In this document: positions 29,633 to 39,880 of the stretch, one piece after another
Layout: every line of letters starts with the position of its first letter
Numbering within the stretch: position 1 is the first letter of the stretch
DNA from: a bacterium
GTDB taxonomy: Bacteria > JAHJDO01
Direction: 5' to 3'
Assembly (NCBI GenBank): GCA_030652805.1
Contig: JAUSPT010000032.1
Span: 6,973-70,972, forward strand
DNA: 64,000 nucleotides
Position numbers and translations under genes: made by a program
The notes under the pieces: generated by a model
What the model was told of the DNA's origin: nothing
The model's input: the letters and a program-made list of their open reading frames with translations, nothing else
Databases searched by the model: none

Positions 29633-31108
29633 GTGGGAAAGAGCAAAAATTACATAGCTGTTGATCTGGGCGCAGAAAGTGGACGATTAACACTTGGTAA
29701 ATTCGAGGGAAAGAAAATAGTTCTTGAAGAGAAACATAGATTTGCTACAGGAGGCACAAGACTTAATAATACCCTCTATTGGGGCGCCATAAATTTCTTT
29801 AACGAGATAAAAAAAGGACTGCAAAAGTGTTCTAAGTCTAAAATCTCTGCAATTGCATTCGATAGCTGGGGCGTAGATTTCGGACTCATTGATAAAAATA
29901 ACCATCTATTAGAAAATCCTGTACATTATCGTGATAAGCGGACTGATGGAATGATGGAAGAATGTTTCAAAAAACTGTCGCGAGAAGAAGTATTTGAAGG
30001 GACAGGTATCCAGTTTATGCAAATAAATACACTTTATCAACTACTATGGATGAGAATAAATCAGCCCCATCTTCTTCAATCGAGCGATTGTCTCTTGCCG
30101 ATAGCCGCCCTGTTTACTTATTTCTTCTCCGGAGAAAAAGCAGCGGAATTTACCCTGGCTACTACCACTCAATGTTATGATCCTCGCAAGAATAGATGGA
30201 GCGGTGAAATTCTAGAAAGATTAGATATTCCCTGCAAAATAATGCCCCGTATTGTAAATCCTGGGACAGTTATAGGCAAACTACTACCGTCTATATCTTG
30301 TGAATTGGGAATATCTCAAATACCCCTCATTGCTACAGCGTCGCATGATACAGCTGCAGCAGTTGCGGCTGTTCCTGCTCAAGGAAATAACTGGGCATTT
30401 TTAAGTTCGGGCACATGGTCTTTAATGGGATGTGAAATAAGCAGTCCATTGATAAATAAGGAAGTCTTGAAAAACAATTTTACTAATGAAGGAGGCGTAA
30501 ACAATACATTTCGTTTTCTAAAAAATATCATGGGGCTCTGGCTGGTTCAGGAATGCAAAAGAAACTGGGAATCCAATGGTACAAAACTCCCCTACCCTGC
30601 TTTAACAAAAGAGGCAGAAAAGGCAAAAGCATTTCTCTGTTTTATCGATCCTGAAGACGCAACTTTTTTGAAGCCGGGCAATATGCCAGAAAAAATACAG
30701 AACTACTGTCGCAAAACAAATCAAAAAGTTCCATCGGATAGAGGAAGCATCTTGCGTTGTGTCATGGAAAGCCTGGCCTTTAAATATCGCCAGGTTCTTG
30801 AAAAACTTGAAGAAATGCGACAGCGAAAAATAGATGTGCTCCACATTGTTGGAGGAGGAATACAAAACAAGCTTTTATGTCAACTCACTGCGAATGCAAC
30901 TAAAAAACATATCATTGCCGGTCCTGTTGAGGCAACAGCAACTGGTAATATCCTGATACAGGCCATTGCAACGGGTGAACTCTCATCCGTTAAACAGGCA
31001 AGAGAAATTGTTCGAAACTCGTTTGAGCTCATCAGATATGAACCTGAACAAACAGATATATGGGAAGAAGCTTATGAAAGATATAAAAATCACAAATCAA
31101 AGACTTAA
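29633..31108 (+). CDS. FGGY-family carbohydrate kinase (rhamnulokinase-like)
   Basis: 491 aa with a GTG start. N-terminus AVDLGAESGR...HRF and an overall pattern resembling RhaB-type FGGY kinases. Confidence 0.75.
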   Translation: MGKSKNYIAVDLGAESGRLTLGKFEGKKIVLEEKHRFATGGTRLNNTLYWGAINFFNEIKKGLQKCSKSKISAIAFDSWGVDFGLIDKNNHLLENPVHYRDKRTDGMMEECFKKLSREEVFEGTGIQFMQINTLYQLLWMRINQPHLLQSSDCLLPIAALFTYFFSGEKAAEFTLATTTQCYDPRKNRWSGEILERLDIPCKIMPRIVNPGTVIGKLLPSISCELGISQIPLIATASHDTAAAVAAVPAQGNNWAFLSSGTWSLMGCEISSPLINKEVLKNNFTNEGGVNNTFRFLKNIMGLWLVQECKRNWESNGTKLPYPALTKEAEKAKAFLCFIDPEDATFLKPGNMPEKIQNYCRKTNQKVPSDRGSILRCVMESLAFKYRQVLEKLEEMRQRKIDVLHIVGGGIQNKLLCQLTANATKKHIIAGPVEATATGNILIQAIATGELSSVKQAREIVRNSFELIRYEPEQTDIWEEAYERYKNHKSKT

Positions 31109-31123
31109 CCTTGGAGCAATAAA

Positions 31124-32230
31124 ATGCAAACTATGAAAGCTGTTTTTTTATACACAGACAGACCGAAACATATGGAAACAGAAAACGTTTCAAAACCGGA
31201 TTGTAAAGCAGAAGATGTACTGATAAGAGTTACTGCTTGCGCTGTTTGTGGAACAGATGGAAGAATGTACGAAGGAACAAAAGACGTTACTAAAGGATCT
31301 GTCCCCCAAATCAGAGGATATGGTGAAGGCAAATTTATTATAGGTCATGAAATCGTAGGAATCATAGAAGAAATTGGTTCTGAAGTTAAAAATCCAGAAT
31401 ATGAGATTGGATGCAAAGTAATTCTGGTAACTTCCATAGGCTGCCAAAAAGAAGAGTGCAGACCTTGCAGAGAAGGCAACTACAATATGTGCGCCAATAA
31501 CCAGCCTATTGGATATTATTATCCTGGAGGTTTTGCTGAATACATATTAGTTCAGGATCATGCTGTGAAACAAGGCGTTATAATCCCTGTCACAACCGAG
31601 GAGCGTATTTTAGATGAACATCTGGCAATGGTTGAACCACTTTCCTGCGCAATAAACGGCCAGAATTATCTAAACATCAAAAAAGGAGAGTATGTTGCTA
31701 TAGTAGGAGCAGGTCCCATTGGTTTGATGCATGCGCTACTAGCAAAAGATAAAGGAGCAAAGGTTATACTGGCTGAATATTCTTCAGAAAGGCTCATAAA
31801 GGCAAAAGAATTTGGGTTTGACCATTATATTGCTACTAAAGAGACTGATTTAATGCAGAATATATCAGAAATTACTAAAGGCGAAGGTATTGACGTGGGA
31901 ATAGTTGCATGCTCCGTTAATAAAGTCGCAGAAGATCTTTTAGGAGCAATGGCTATGAAAGGAAGATTAAGCTTTTTTGCTGGATTCCCAAAACAGAATT
32001 CCATTTTAAAATTAGATGGGAACATAATTCATTATAAAGAAGTCTCTATTTACGGAGCGTTTGCTTCGCATAAAGCACAATTTGAGGAAGCTTTAAAGCT
32101 GATTGTCAGCAGAAAAATACTTATGGATAAAATAGTTACGCATACATTCCCTTTAGAGAATACAGTTGAAGCAATGGAAAAAATGCTGGATAAAAAGGGA
32201 AATGCTTTAAAAGTGGTTATAAAACCGTAA
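31124..32230 (+). CDS. zinc-dependent medium-chain alcohol/polyol dehydrogenase
   Basis: 368 aa. Zn-ligand region GHEIVG and NAD-binding motif GAGPIGL. Confidence 0.8.
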   Translation: MQTMKAVFLYTDRPKHMETENVSKPDCKAEDVLIRVTACAVCGTDGRMYEGTKDVTKGSVPQIRGYGEGKFIIGHEIVGIIEEIGSEVKNPEYEIGCKVILVTSIGCQKEECRPCREGNYNMCANNQPIGYYYPGGFAEYILVQDHAVKQGVIIPVTTEERILDEHLAMVEPLSCAINGQNYLNIKKGEYVAIVGAGPIGLMHALLAKDKGAKVILAEYSSERLIKAKEFGFDHYIATKETDLMQNISEITKGEGIDVGIVACSVNKVAEDLLGAMAMKGRLSFFAGFPKQNSILKLDGNIIHYKEVSIYGAFASHKAQFEEALKLIVSRKILMDKIVTHTFPLENTVEAMEKMLDKKGNALKVVIKP

Positions 32231-32251
32231 AAAAATATAAATAAGAGGAGC

Positions 32252-33055
32252 TTGAATGAAATGTCACAGCCTGGTTTGAAAGGAAAAACAGTTTTAGTAA
32301 CTGGTGCAGGACAAGGATTCGGAGAGGCTATAGCAGCATATTTTGCAAAAGAGGGATGTCTGGTAGCTGTTGCAGACATATCAGAAAAAAACGCAGAAAA
32401 AGTAGCTGGAGAAATAGAAAAAAAATATAAAAACAAAGCAGTTGCGATAGAGGCAGACGTAACACAAGAAGCCCAGGTAACCAATATGTTTGAGAGGATT
32501 GAGAAAGAATTTAAGAATCTGGATATATTAGTCAGTAATGCTGGAATTCTTATTGCAAAGGAAATAACAGAATTCCCTCTTAAAGAATGGAAAAGAGTGA
32601 TGGATGTAAACCTTATCGGCTATTTCCTGTGTGCCCGTGAGGCAGCAAAGATAATGAAAAAACAAAAGAAGGGCGTAATTATACAAATTAACTCTAAATC
32701 TGGTAAAAAAGGTAGTTTTAAAAATTCTGCATATGCTGCATCTAAATTTGGAGGCATAGGACTAACTCAAAGTATTGCTCTGGATTTAGCTCCCTATGGC
32801 ATAAGAGTCAATGCGGTTTGTCCTGGTAATTTTCTTGATTCTCCTTTATGGAAGAACAGTCTCTTTGACCAGTATTCAAAAAAATGGGGTATTTCAAAAG
32901 AAGAGGTAAGAAAAAAATATATTGAACAGGTCCCATTAGGAAGAGGCTGTACCTATGACGATGTTATCAATGCAGTAGCTTTTCTGGTAAGTGATGAGGC
33001 CTCTTACATAACAGGTCAGGCCATAAACGTAACTGGTGGACAGGAAATGAGATGA
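32252..33055 (+). CDS. SDR-family oxidoreductase
   Basis: TGAGQGFG glycine motif, NAG, and YxxxK (YAASK). Confidence 0.8.
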   Translation: MNEMSQPGLKGKTVLVTGAGQGFGEAIAAYFAKEGCLVAVADISEKNAEKVAGEIEKKYKNKAVAIEADVTQEAQVTNMFERIEKEFKNLDILVSNAGILIAKEITEFPLKEWKRVMDVNLIGYFLCAREAAKIMKKQKKGVIIQINSKSGKKGSFKNSAYAASKFGGIGLTQSIALDLAPYGIRVNAVCPGNFLDSPLWKNSLFDQYSKKWGISKEEVRKKYIEQVPLGRGCTYDDVINAVAFLVSDEASYITGQAINVTGGQEMR

Positions 33056-34257
33056 TAGAAGAACTGGAAGCTCGTCTTGATAATTTTGATAAAAATGTGA
33101 GAAAAAACGCCCTCTTAGAACTTATCAAGCTTAAAAAAGATGGGAAAGTTAAGTGGGCAGAGGAAAAAGAAATTTCAAACATGCATTGTCATAGCTTTTT
33201 CTCATTCAATGGATATGGCTATTCACCAATAAAGATAGCATGGCTATGCAAAAAAAATGGTATTAAACTTTGCCAAATAGTGGATTTTGACGTTCTGGAC
33301 GGAATTGAAGAGCTATTTTATGCAGCTGACTTATTAAATCTAAGAGCATCTGTTGGCATAGAAACTAGAGTTTTTATCCCGGAATTTAAAGATAAGGAGA
33401 TAAATTCTCCCGGAGAGCCTGGAATCTACTACTTAATGGGTGTGGGATTTACAAAACTTCCCTCTCCTGAATCCCCTATTTATAAGATATTAACTGATAT
33501 GTCTCATCGAGCACATATGCGAACCAGAAAAATGGTTGATATATTAAATGAATATCTGGATGACATCAGGGTTAAATATGAGACAGACGTTATTTCCCTG
33601 ACTCCCAATGGTAACGTCACGGAAAGACACATCTTAAGAGCTTTTTATAATAAATCAAAGGACGTTTTTAAAAACCCTGCAAGCTTCATCAGGTATTGGA
33701 CATCAAAACTTCCCGTCCAAGAAGAGGATATCAATAATAGTCTGGATAACCCTCATGTTTTATGCGAAATAATTCGTTCAAAGCTCATGAAAAAGGGTGG
33801 GATTGCCTATATAAAACCCGACTCAGCGACCTTCCCAGAGATTCAAACAGTAAATAAAATGACAACAGAATTAGGCGGAATACCATGCGCAACATGGCTT
33901 AATGGGCTCTCTGATGGTGAGAAAAAGCTGGAGGAATTACTTGCTTTATTAATCAGCAAGGGAATTTCAATGATGAACATAATCCCTGATAGAAATTACA
34001 ATATAAAGGATAAAAAAGAAAAAAGGATTAAAGTGAAAAATCTCTATAAAGCTGTGGAGATTGCAAAAAGATTTAATCTTCCTATAATAGCAGGCACAGA
34101 GATGAACAAGTTTGGGCAGAAACTTGTTGATGATTTTAATTCCAAAGAATTAAGCCCTATTAGAAAAACATTTATGGATGGTGCGAATTTTTTATATGAT
34201 CATACCTTAATGCAAAGAACCAAGGAGAAAGGAAAAAGGATAAATGAAGAATATTAA
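33052..34257 (+). CDS. PHP-domain-like metal-dependent hydrolase (uncertain)
   Basis: 401 aa. HCH motif near residue 45. Later SHRAH, GTEMN and DH motifs are consistent with a PHP/TIM-barrel phosphoesterase. No strong family recognition. Confidence 0.4.
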   Translation: MIEELEARLDNFDKNVRKNALLELIKLKKDGKVKWAEEKEISNMHCHSFFSFNGYGYSPIKIAWLCKKNGIKLCQIVDFDVLDGIEELFYAADLLNLRASVGIETRVFIPEFKDKEINSPGEPGIYYLMGVGFTKLPSPESPIYKILTDMSHRAHMRTRKMVDILNEYLDDIRVKYETDVISLTPNGNVTERHILRAFYNKSKDVFKNPASFIRYWTSKLPVQEEDINNSLDNPHVLCEIIRSKLMKKGGIAYIKPDSATFPEIQTVNKMTTELGGIPCATWLNGLSDGEKKLEELLALLISKGISMMNIIPDRNYNIKDKKEKRIKVKNLYKAVEIAKRFNLPIIAGTEMNKFGQKLVDDFNSKELSPIRKTFMDGANFLYDHTLMQRTKEKGKRINEEY

Positions 34258-34924
34258 TATCAAAAAACAGTTAATAGAAATAGGCAAAAAGATTGCTGAT
34301 AAAGGACTAGTTGTAGGTCCGGGCGGCAATATAAGCGCAAGGATTGGCAATATTGTTTATATGAAAGCCAGCGGCATTTGTTTTGAAGAGGCAAAAGCAT
34401 CAGACTATATAGGGGTTAACTTAAAAACAGGTAAGATTGTAGACGGAAGCAAAAAGCCCACATGTGAAATCGCTATGCATTTAGGTTGTTATCTTGAAAG
34501 AAAAGATATAACTGCAGTAATCCACACTCATCCTCCTACTGCTACTGCCGTCGGAATGCTCGGCATAACGCTTGAACCTTTTACACCAGATTTTGTTGCA
34601 CTCGTAGATTCTGATGTCCCAACTATAAACTACGTATGTCCATCAACCAAAGAGCTGGCAAATGAAATAAAAAAAGTTATAAAAAAACATAACGCTGTCC
34701 TGATGTGTAATCATGGACTCTTGACTGTTGGCTCAAATTTAGTGGAAGCTTATTACAGAACACTTCTCATTGAAGATGCCTGCAAAACGTTCGTAGCGGC
34801 AAAGTCACTGGGCAAGATGAAATTTTTTACAAGAGGTCAGGCTAAAGAGATTAATAATCTTAAAGCAGAGTCTTATAGAAAAGCATTGTTAAAAAAAAAG
34901 GAGTATGAGCTATGCCAGATGTAG
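34244..34924 (+). CDS. class II aldolase/adducin-family protein (fuculose-/rhamnulose-1-phosphate aldolase-like)
   Basis: 226 aa. GPGGNISAR motif and a His-rich zinc site HTHP. Confidence 0.8.
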   Translation: MKNINIKKQLIEIGKKIADKGLVVGPGGNISARIGNIVYMKASGICFEEAKASDYIGVNLKTGKIVDGSKKPTCEIAMHLGCYLERKDITAVIHTHPPTATAVGMLGITLEPFTPDFVALVDSDVPTINYVCPSTKELANEIKKVIKKHNAVLMCNHGLLTVGSNLVEAYYRTLLIEDACKTFVAAKSLGKMKFFTRGQAKEINNLKAESYRKALLKKKEYELCQM

Positions 34925-35808
34925 ATAGTACCAAAAAGAAAAAGAATTTTTATACAGATATTCCTATGAAAACACCCGGTTTCTTTCTCAAGGGATCGGG
35001 TGCGTATGATTGGGGCATGAAGAATCGCCTGGCACGAATCTTTAAACCAGAAACTGGACGAACAGTAATGCTTGCAATAGATCATGGATATTTCCAGGGG
35101 CCAACAACAGGGTTGGAACGAATTGATTTAAACATTGTACCCCTTGTTCCATACGCTGACGCACTGATGCTTACACGCGGTATTTTGCGAACAACGATAC
35201 CTCCTTCATTCAATAAGGCAATTGTGATGCGTGCCAGCGGTGGACCGAGCATCCTGAAGGAACTCTCGAATGAAGAAATAGCTGTTGGTATCGAGGATGC
35301 TATCCGGATGAACGTGGCTGCAATAGCGATTCAGGTATTTATTGGAGGCGAATTCGAGACTCGTTCGGTACACAATATGACTCGCCTCGTCGATATGGGC
35401 ATCCGATACGGAATTCCGGTTATGGCAGTGACATCTGTCGGCAAGGATATGACCAGGGATGCAAAATATTTTCGCCTTGCCTGCCGCATTTGCGCTGAAC
35501 TGGGTGCACAGGTTGTCAAGACATATTATATCCCGGAGGATTTTGAAACAGTGACAGCCTCCTGTCCAGTGCCCATTGTGATGGCGGGTGGTAAGAAAAT
35601 TCCGCTCTTGGATGCTTTGACAATGGCTTATAACGCTGTGCAACAGGGAGCTGCGGGTGTGGATATGGGACGAAATATTTTTCAGAGTGAGTTCCCGACC
35701 GCCATGATTCAGGCAGTAAGTAATATTGTTCACAAAAATATGAAACCGGCCGATGCACTTGAGGTTTATAACACGCTGAAGAACAAAATGGAAAAGGAGC
35801 AGAAATAA
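34912..35808 (+). CDS. DhnA/FbaB/LsrF-type (DeoC superfamily) class I aldolase
   Basis: 298 aa. MLAIDHG motif, and a Schiff-base lysine context [11 protein letters not shown]-rich relative to neighbours. Confidence 0.75.
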   Translation: MPDVDSTKKKKNFYTDIPMKTPGFFLKGSGAYDWGMKNRLARIFKPETGRTVMLAIDHGYFQGPTTGLERIDLNIVPLVPYADALMLTRGILRTTIPPSFNKAIVMRASGGPSILKELSNEEIAVGIEDAIRMNVAAIAIQVFIGGEFETRSVHNMTRLVDMGIRYGIPVMAVTSVGKDMTRDAKYFRLACRICAELGAQVVKTYYIPEDFETVTASCPVPIVMAGGKKIPLLDALTMAYNAVQQGAAGVDMGRNIFQSEFPTAMIQAVSNIVHKNMKPADALEVYNTLKNKMEKEQK

Positions 35809-36122
35809 ATAGAGTTATCCCTATCATTCGTGGACTTCTGGCGGAATTCTCCGGCAGCGATGACATCCCATATCACCGAGTTATCCTTAAATCGTTTACA
35901 ACCAAAGATACCCGGGATTTCGTAGCTTCATCTCCTCCTCTGTACTTAGATACACTTGAGTACGACGCGGCTCCAGAAAAGCTTCGGGAACATATCTCAT
36001 CGTCACTCGCCGATTATTCACGACAATACGCTGCAAAACCTCAGGTAATATTACTGCCTGATGCTGGAATCGTCCAGGTCATTGAAAAAGCGGCTAAGCC
36101 TGACCCTCCTCTTCGAAACGAA

Positions 36123-36911
36123 GTGGCTCTTCTTACAGGTGCCGCTGGGGCGATTGGTTCTGGAATATGCCGGAGGCTTCTGGAAAATGGCTGCCGAGTG
36201 GCCGCGACCGACTTGCCAGGAAAACGCCTCGACGACTTCGTCTCCGAGTTTAAGAAAAGTGCTGGTGATTACATCATCGGCGTTCCGCTCGATGTGACAG
36301 ACAAGGAGTCAGTAACAGACGGGTTTAACAGTGTTATCCGGGAATGGGGTGGTATTGACATTGTCCTTGTGAACGCTGGTATCCCGTTAATCTCATCAAT
36401 TATGGAAATGAACCTCAATGACTTTCGCCGACTGGAGAAGGTGAATGTTGAAGGCACCTTATTAACACTTGCAGAAGCCGGACGTCACATGTGTTTGCAG
36501 GGTACTGGCGGCGATATCGTTCTTACATCGACAAAGAACGTCTTTAGTCCAGGTGCTCGATTTGGCGCCTACAGCGCAACCAAGGCCGCTTCGCACCAGT
36601 TGGCCAGGATTGCTAGTCTGGAACTTGCTGAATTTGGAATTCGAGTGAACATGGTTGCGCCCGATGCAGTGTTCTCCGATGGAGAATGCAAATCCGGCTT
36701 ATGGAAAAAAATAGGTCCTGATCGCATGCGCCACAAGGGAATTGATGAAAAAGAACTCCATGAGCATTACCGCCAGCGCAATCTCCTTAAGACCACGATA
36801 ACAGCACAACATGTGGCAAATGCAGTATTGTTTTTTGTAACACGGCAGACACCTACTACCGGGGCTACAATTCCGGTGGACGGTGGTCTTCCAGATGCTA
36901 CTCCAAGATAG
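36123..36911 (+). CDS. SDR-family oxidoreductase (with an upstream startless in-frame extension from 35809)
   Basis: TGAAGAIG glycine motif and YSATK. The first start codon (GTG) is at 36123, but the same frame is open from 35809, directly after the upstream stop. Confidence 0.7.
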   Translation: MALLTGAAGAIGSGICRRLLENGCRVAATDLPGKRLDDFVSEFKKSAGDYIIGVPLDVTDKESVTDGFNSVIREWGGIDIVLVNAGIPLISSIMEMNLNDFRRLEKVNVEGTLLTLAEAGRHMCLQGTGGDIVLTSTKNVFSPGARFGAYSATKAASHQLARIASLELAEFGIRVNMVAPDAVFSDGECKSGLWKKIGPDRMRHKGIDEKELHEHYRQRNLLKTTITAQHVANAVLFFVTRQTPTTGATIPVDGGLPDATPR

Positions 36912-36925
36912 ACAACAGGTCTTTT

Positions 36926-37723
36926 TTATTCTGGAGTTTCAGAGATCAAAGAGCAGTCCTTCGGGATTCGTCCCGTAGAATTCCCCTTTATATTTTTTTT
37001 GAGAAGATAATCATTTGTTGATTGTATGGAATTTACAATTACAATAGAATCTTTTCGTATAACAAATTCAGAAAGACCTATTTCTGAAGTGGTTGGGTTC
37101 CAGTCATATGTATATCCTAATCGAGTCCAAGGATATTGTCTGGCGGCATAATAGGATGAAATAATTTTTTTATTAAACCAGTTTATATATGATTTTTCTG
37201 CATTTTCAGGAAATTCTAATTGAACTGATTTATCCCATATTTCGTTATCTGGACTTGGACGAAACAAGCTATCCGGTCTGACCCATAATTCTACAAAATG
37301 AGAATATCCGCTATTTTTAGGAAGGCCTAATAATTGTTCTGTTCTTAAATTTAGTTTTTCATTTTTATAATTATTATTAAACCAATTTTGAACTTCAGGA
37401 ACGATGGTTACCCATGTATCTCCCCAGAAGGTTTTTATAATTTTACTTCTTTTATAATTGTTAATATCTTTGGTCCAGGTAACAGTTAATACATATTTAT
37501 GGCCATTAATTTTCTCCCAACAGATATAGCCGTTTTTCTCATTAATATCAATAAGCCGGTTTGAGATTTCATCTTCTTCTGCAATCATGCTATCAATAAC
37601 AGCACTTTTATATAATGTATCAGTATCAACATGTTTAGAATCAATGATGTTTTTATTTGAACAGCCTAATAACTGTACAAAAATAAGAAGTAAAGTAATT
37701 TGTGTTTTTATATTGATTTTCAT
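36926..37723 (-). CDS. hypothetical lipoprotein
   Basis: 265 aa. Signal peptide with lipobox LLGCS. Trp/Asn-rich, no recognisable domain. Confidence 0.5.
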   Translation of the reverse strand: MKINIKTQITLLLIFVQLLGCSNKNIIDSKHVDTDTLYKSAVIDSMIAEEDEISNRLIDINEKNGYICWEKINGHKYVLTVTWTKDINNYKRSKIIKTFWGDTWVTIVPEVQNWFNNNYKNEKLNLRTEQLLGLPKNSGYSHFVELWVRPDSLFRPSPDNEIWDKSVQLEFPENAEKSYINWFNKKIISSYYAARQYPWTRLGYTYDWNPTTSEIGLSEFVIRKDSIVIVNSIQSTNDYLLKKNIKGNSTGRIPKDCSLISETPE

Positions 37724-37770
37724 GCTGACTGACTGACTTCTGTCATCATAGATATAACTTCTGCTCTCGC

Positions 37771-38568
37771 TTATTTCAACTTGTAATCCTGCAGCTTAAC
37801 AAAACTGAATCCCTTACTCTTAAGTTCCGGAACCGCGGCTATTATTCCCTCTGCGGTTTCCTTTTCAGGGTGGTTCATATGACATATTATTATATCACCA
37901 GGTTGAGATTTGAGCAGGGATTCCTTCACCTTTCCCGCGGAATAGCTTGCTCCTGCATCACCAAGCACGCTGAAACCGGCTATCTCATAACCAAGCTCAT
38001 TCACTATCTTCGCCGCCACTTCATCATAATAAGCGGTTCCTGACCTGTAGAACTTCGCCTTGCGCCCCGTAAGAGATTCTATTTTTAAAGCGTTTTTTTC
38101 TATTTCATCAACCACCTGTCCGACGTTTTTCGTGCCCTCAATACCGTAAATGGACTTTCCGTTTACTGAGCAGGGTCTATGCATTAAACCATGGTTTTCT
38201 ATTTCAAAAAGCGGGTTTGCTGCGAGCTTGTCAAATATATCAGGAAACTTGTCTATCCATCTTGCATTTATAAACAGTGTTGCCTGAACCTTCTCCTTGA
38301 TAAGATAGTTTACCAGCTTTGCGTCATAACTATCAGTTTTTGAGCCGCATGCATCTAACGTTAACGCGAGCACATTATCACTCGTATCAAGTTTTGTTTT
38401 CACTCCGGGAACATTCTCCGCCCACTGTTTCGGAACACGGTGAACATATTTGGCGATTATAATCGCCTTTGATTCTTTATACTCCAGTGAGTCCGCGGGT
38501 GCAAATCTGCATCCGGAAATTACAGGAAGACCATAAGCAGCAATCAACAATATTAATATTTTTACCAT
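37771..38568 (-). CDS. polysaccharide deacetylase (NodB-homology) family lipoprotein
   Basis: Signal peptide with ISGC lipobox. NodB-like motifs LTLDAC, HGLMHRP and RSGTAYYD. Confidence 0.6.
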   Translation of the reverse strand: MVKILILLIAAYGLPVISGCRFAPADSLEYKESKAIIIAKYVHRVPKQWAENVPGVKTKLDTSDNVLALTLDACGSKTDSYDAKLVNYLIKEKVQATLFINARWIDKFPDIFDKLAANPLFEIENHGLMHRPCSVNGKSIYGIEGTKNVGQVVDEIEKNALKIESLTGRKAKFYRSGTAYYDEVAAKIVNELGYEIAGFSVLGDAGASYSAGKVKESLLKSQPGDIIICHMNHPEKETAEGIIAAVPELKSKGFSFVKLQDYKLK

Positions 38569-38586
38569 TATTTGTTATGTGGCATT

Positions 38587-39024
38587 CTACTCACCAATAT
38601 CTTCATTCCACAGTTCTGGATTATTTTTGATAAACGTCTCCATAAGCTGACGACATTCTTTGTTATCAATAATAACCACTTCTACGCCTCGCGACCTTAC
38701 GTAATCTTCCGGCCCGCAAAATGTACGGTTCTCTCCAATAACTACTTTTGGAATTCTATAAAGAAGCACTGCGCCGCTGCACATATCACAGGGAGACAAT
38801 GTCGAGTACAACGTTGCTCTACGATAATCGGATGCTTTAATTCGTCCCGCATTTTCCAAACAATCCATTTCTGCGTGTAATATTGCACTTCCTTTTTGTA
38901 CTCGCTGGTTGTGACCGCGCCCAACTATTCGGCCATCAATAACAAGTACCGAGCCGATAGGAACACCACCCTCAGCCATCCCCTTTTTCGCTTCCTCAAT
39001 TGCAGCCTCTAAAAATTTATCCAT
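38587..39024 (-). CDS. cytosine deaminase, yeast FCY1-type (CDA fold)
   Basis: 145 aa. HAE and SPCDMCSGA zinc motifs. Near-identity of several blocks to Fcy1 (GRGHN, LYSTLSPCDMC, VIGEN, WNEDIGE). Confidence 0.85.
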   Translation of the reverse strand: MDKFLEAAIEEAKKGMAEGGVPIGSVLVIDGRIVGRGHNQRVQKGSAILHAEMDCLENAGRIKASDYRRATLYSTLSPCDMCSGAVLLYRIPKVVIGENRTFCGPEDYVRSRGVEVVIIDNKECRQLMETFIKNNPELWNEDIGE

Positions 39025-39046
39025 GTTTTCTCCTTAACAAACTGCG

Positions 39047-39880
39047 TCACTGGCTCAGTTCGATGCACGCGATAAAAGCCCTTTGTATTCTGATGAGTTC
39101 CAAGGGTCTGTCCACAGGAGTCATGTGGGCACTTCCCTGTATGACATGATACTGATGGTCATTGGCAAAGTCAGACTGCCATTTAGTAAAGGCAGGCGTA
39201 CACAAATCGTCGCTTCCGCAGGTTATAAGAACAGGGACATCCAGCCTGGACAGTTGCGAGGTTACGTCTACCGTTTTTAGATTCCCAGGTAAATTCAACT
39301 CCGAATCACTTGCAACCATAACGTCGTGGACTGCAGTATTTCGTGCGGCAATCAATTTCTTCATCGATTCAGGTAATGGCCAGGTGTGTGTCACATGCCG
39401 CCTTGTAAATTCCATACATGCCTCGTCATAGTCGCTCTTTGTCCCTACCCCGTTCAACTCATAGTCATCAATAATCTGCCCTGCTTTTCCATTCAAACAA
39501 CTCAAGCCCTGCTTAAGTTTTGGGGCAACATGATTGATGTAATAGGGAAAACTCAATACCGGACTATGGAGAGAAATGGACAATATGCCGTCGGGGTGTT
39601 TGGCAGCAAATCCAACAGCCAGAGTAGTTCCCCATGAATGACCAATCAAATGGTACTTCTTCAGTCCCAGACCGTCCCTAAACGCCTGAAACGCTACGAG
39701 ATTATGATGACTGCCTCCCGGACCGCCGTGCAGAACCAACGCAGCCGGCGCACTGCCGGAGCCAATTCTGCCGTACCATAATTTGTATGTATGACCGTCA
39801 TAGATGTAGTTGAGGAAACCTTCGTAATCATAATCAGGTTCTGTTAAGATTTTTTCCACAGATACTTGTTCTTCATTCAT
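39047..39880 (-). CDS. alpha/beta hydrolase, proline iminopeptidase (S33) family
   Basis: LHGGPGGS and GHSWGT nucleophile-elbow motifs. Start placed at MNEEQ to avoid overlap with the upstream gene. GC-rich. Confidence 0.75.
   Translation of the reverse strand: MNEEQVSVEKILTEPDYDYEGFLNYIYDGHTYKLWYGRIGSGSAPAALVLHGGPGGSHHNLVAFQAFRDGLGLKKYHLIGHSWGTTLAVGFAAKHPDGILSISLHSPVLSFPYYINHVAPKLKQGLSCLNGKAGQIIDDYELNGVGTKSDYDEACMEFTRRHVTHTWPLPESMKKLIAARNTAVHDVMVASDSELNLPGNLKTVDVTSQLSRLDVPVLITCGSDDLCTPAFTKWQSDFANDHQYHVIQGSAHMTPVDRPLELIRIQRAFIACIELSQ

Noticed and set aside
35206-35866. Minus-strand ORFs of 175, 116 and 62 aa in the GC-rich segment
   Set aside because: They are antisense to the DhnA aldolase. 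Long antisense ORFs are expected in GC-rich DNA, and they show no motifs.
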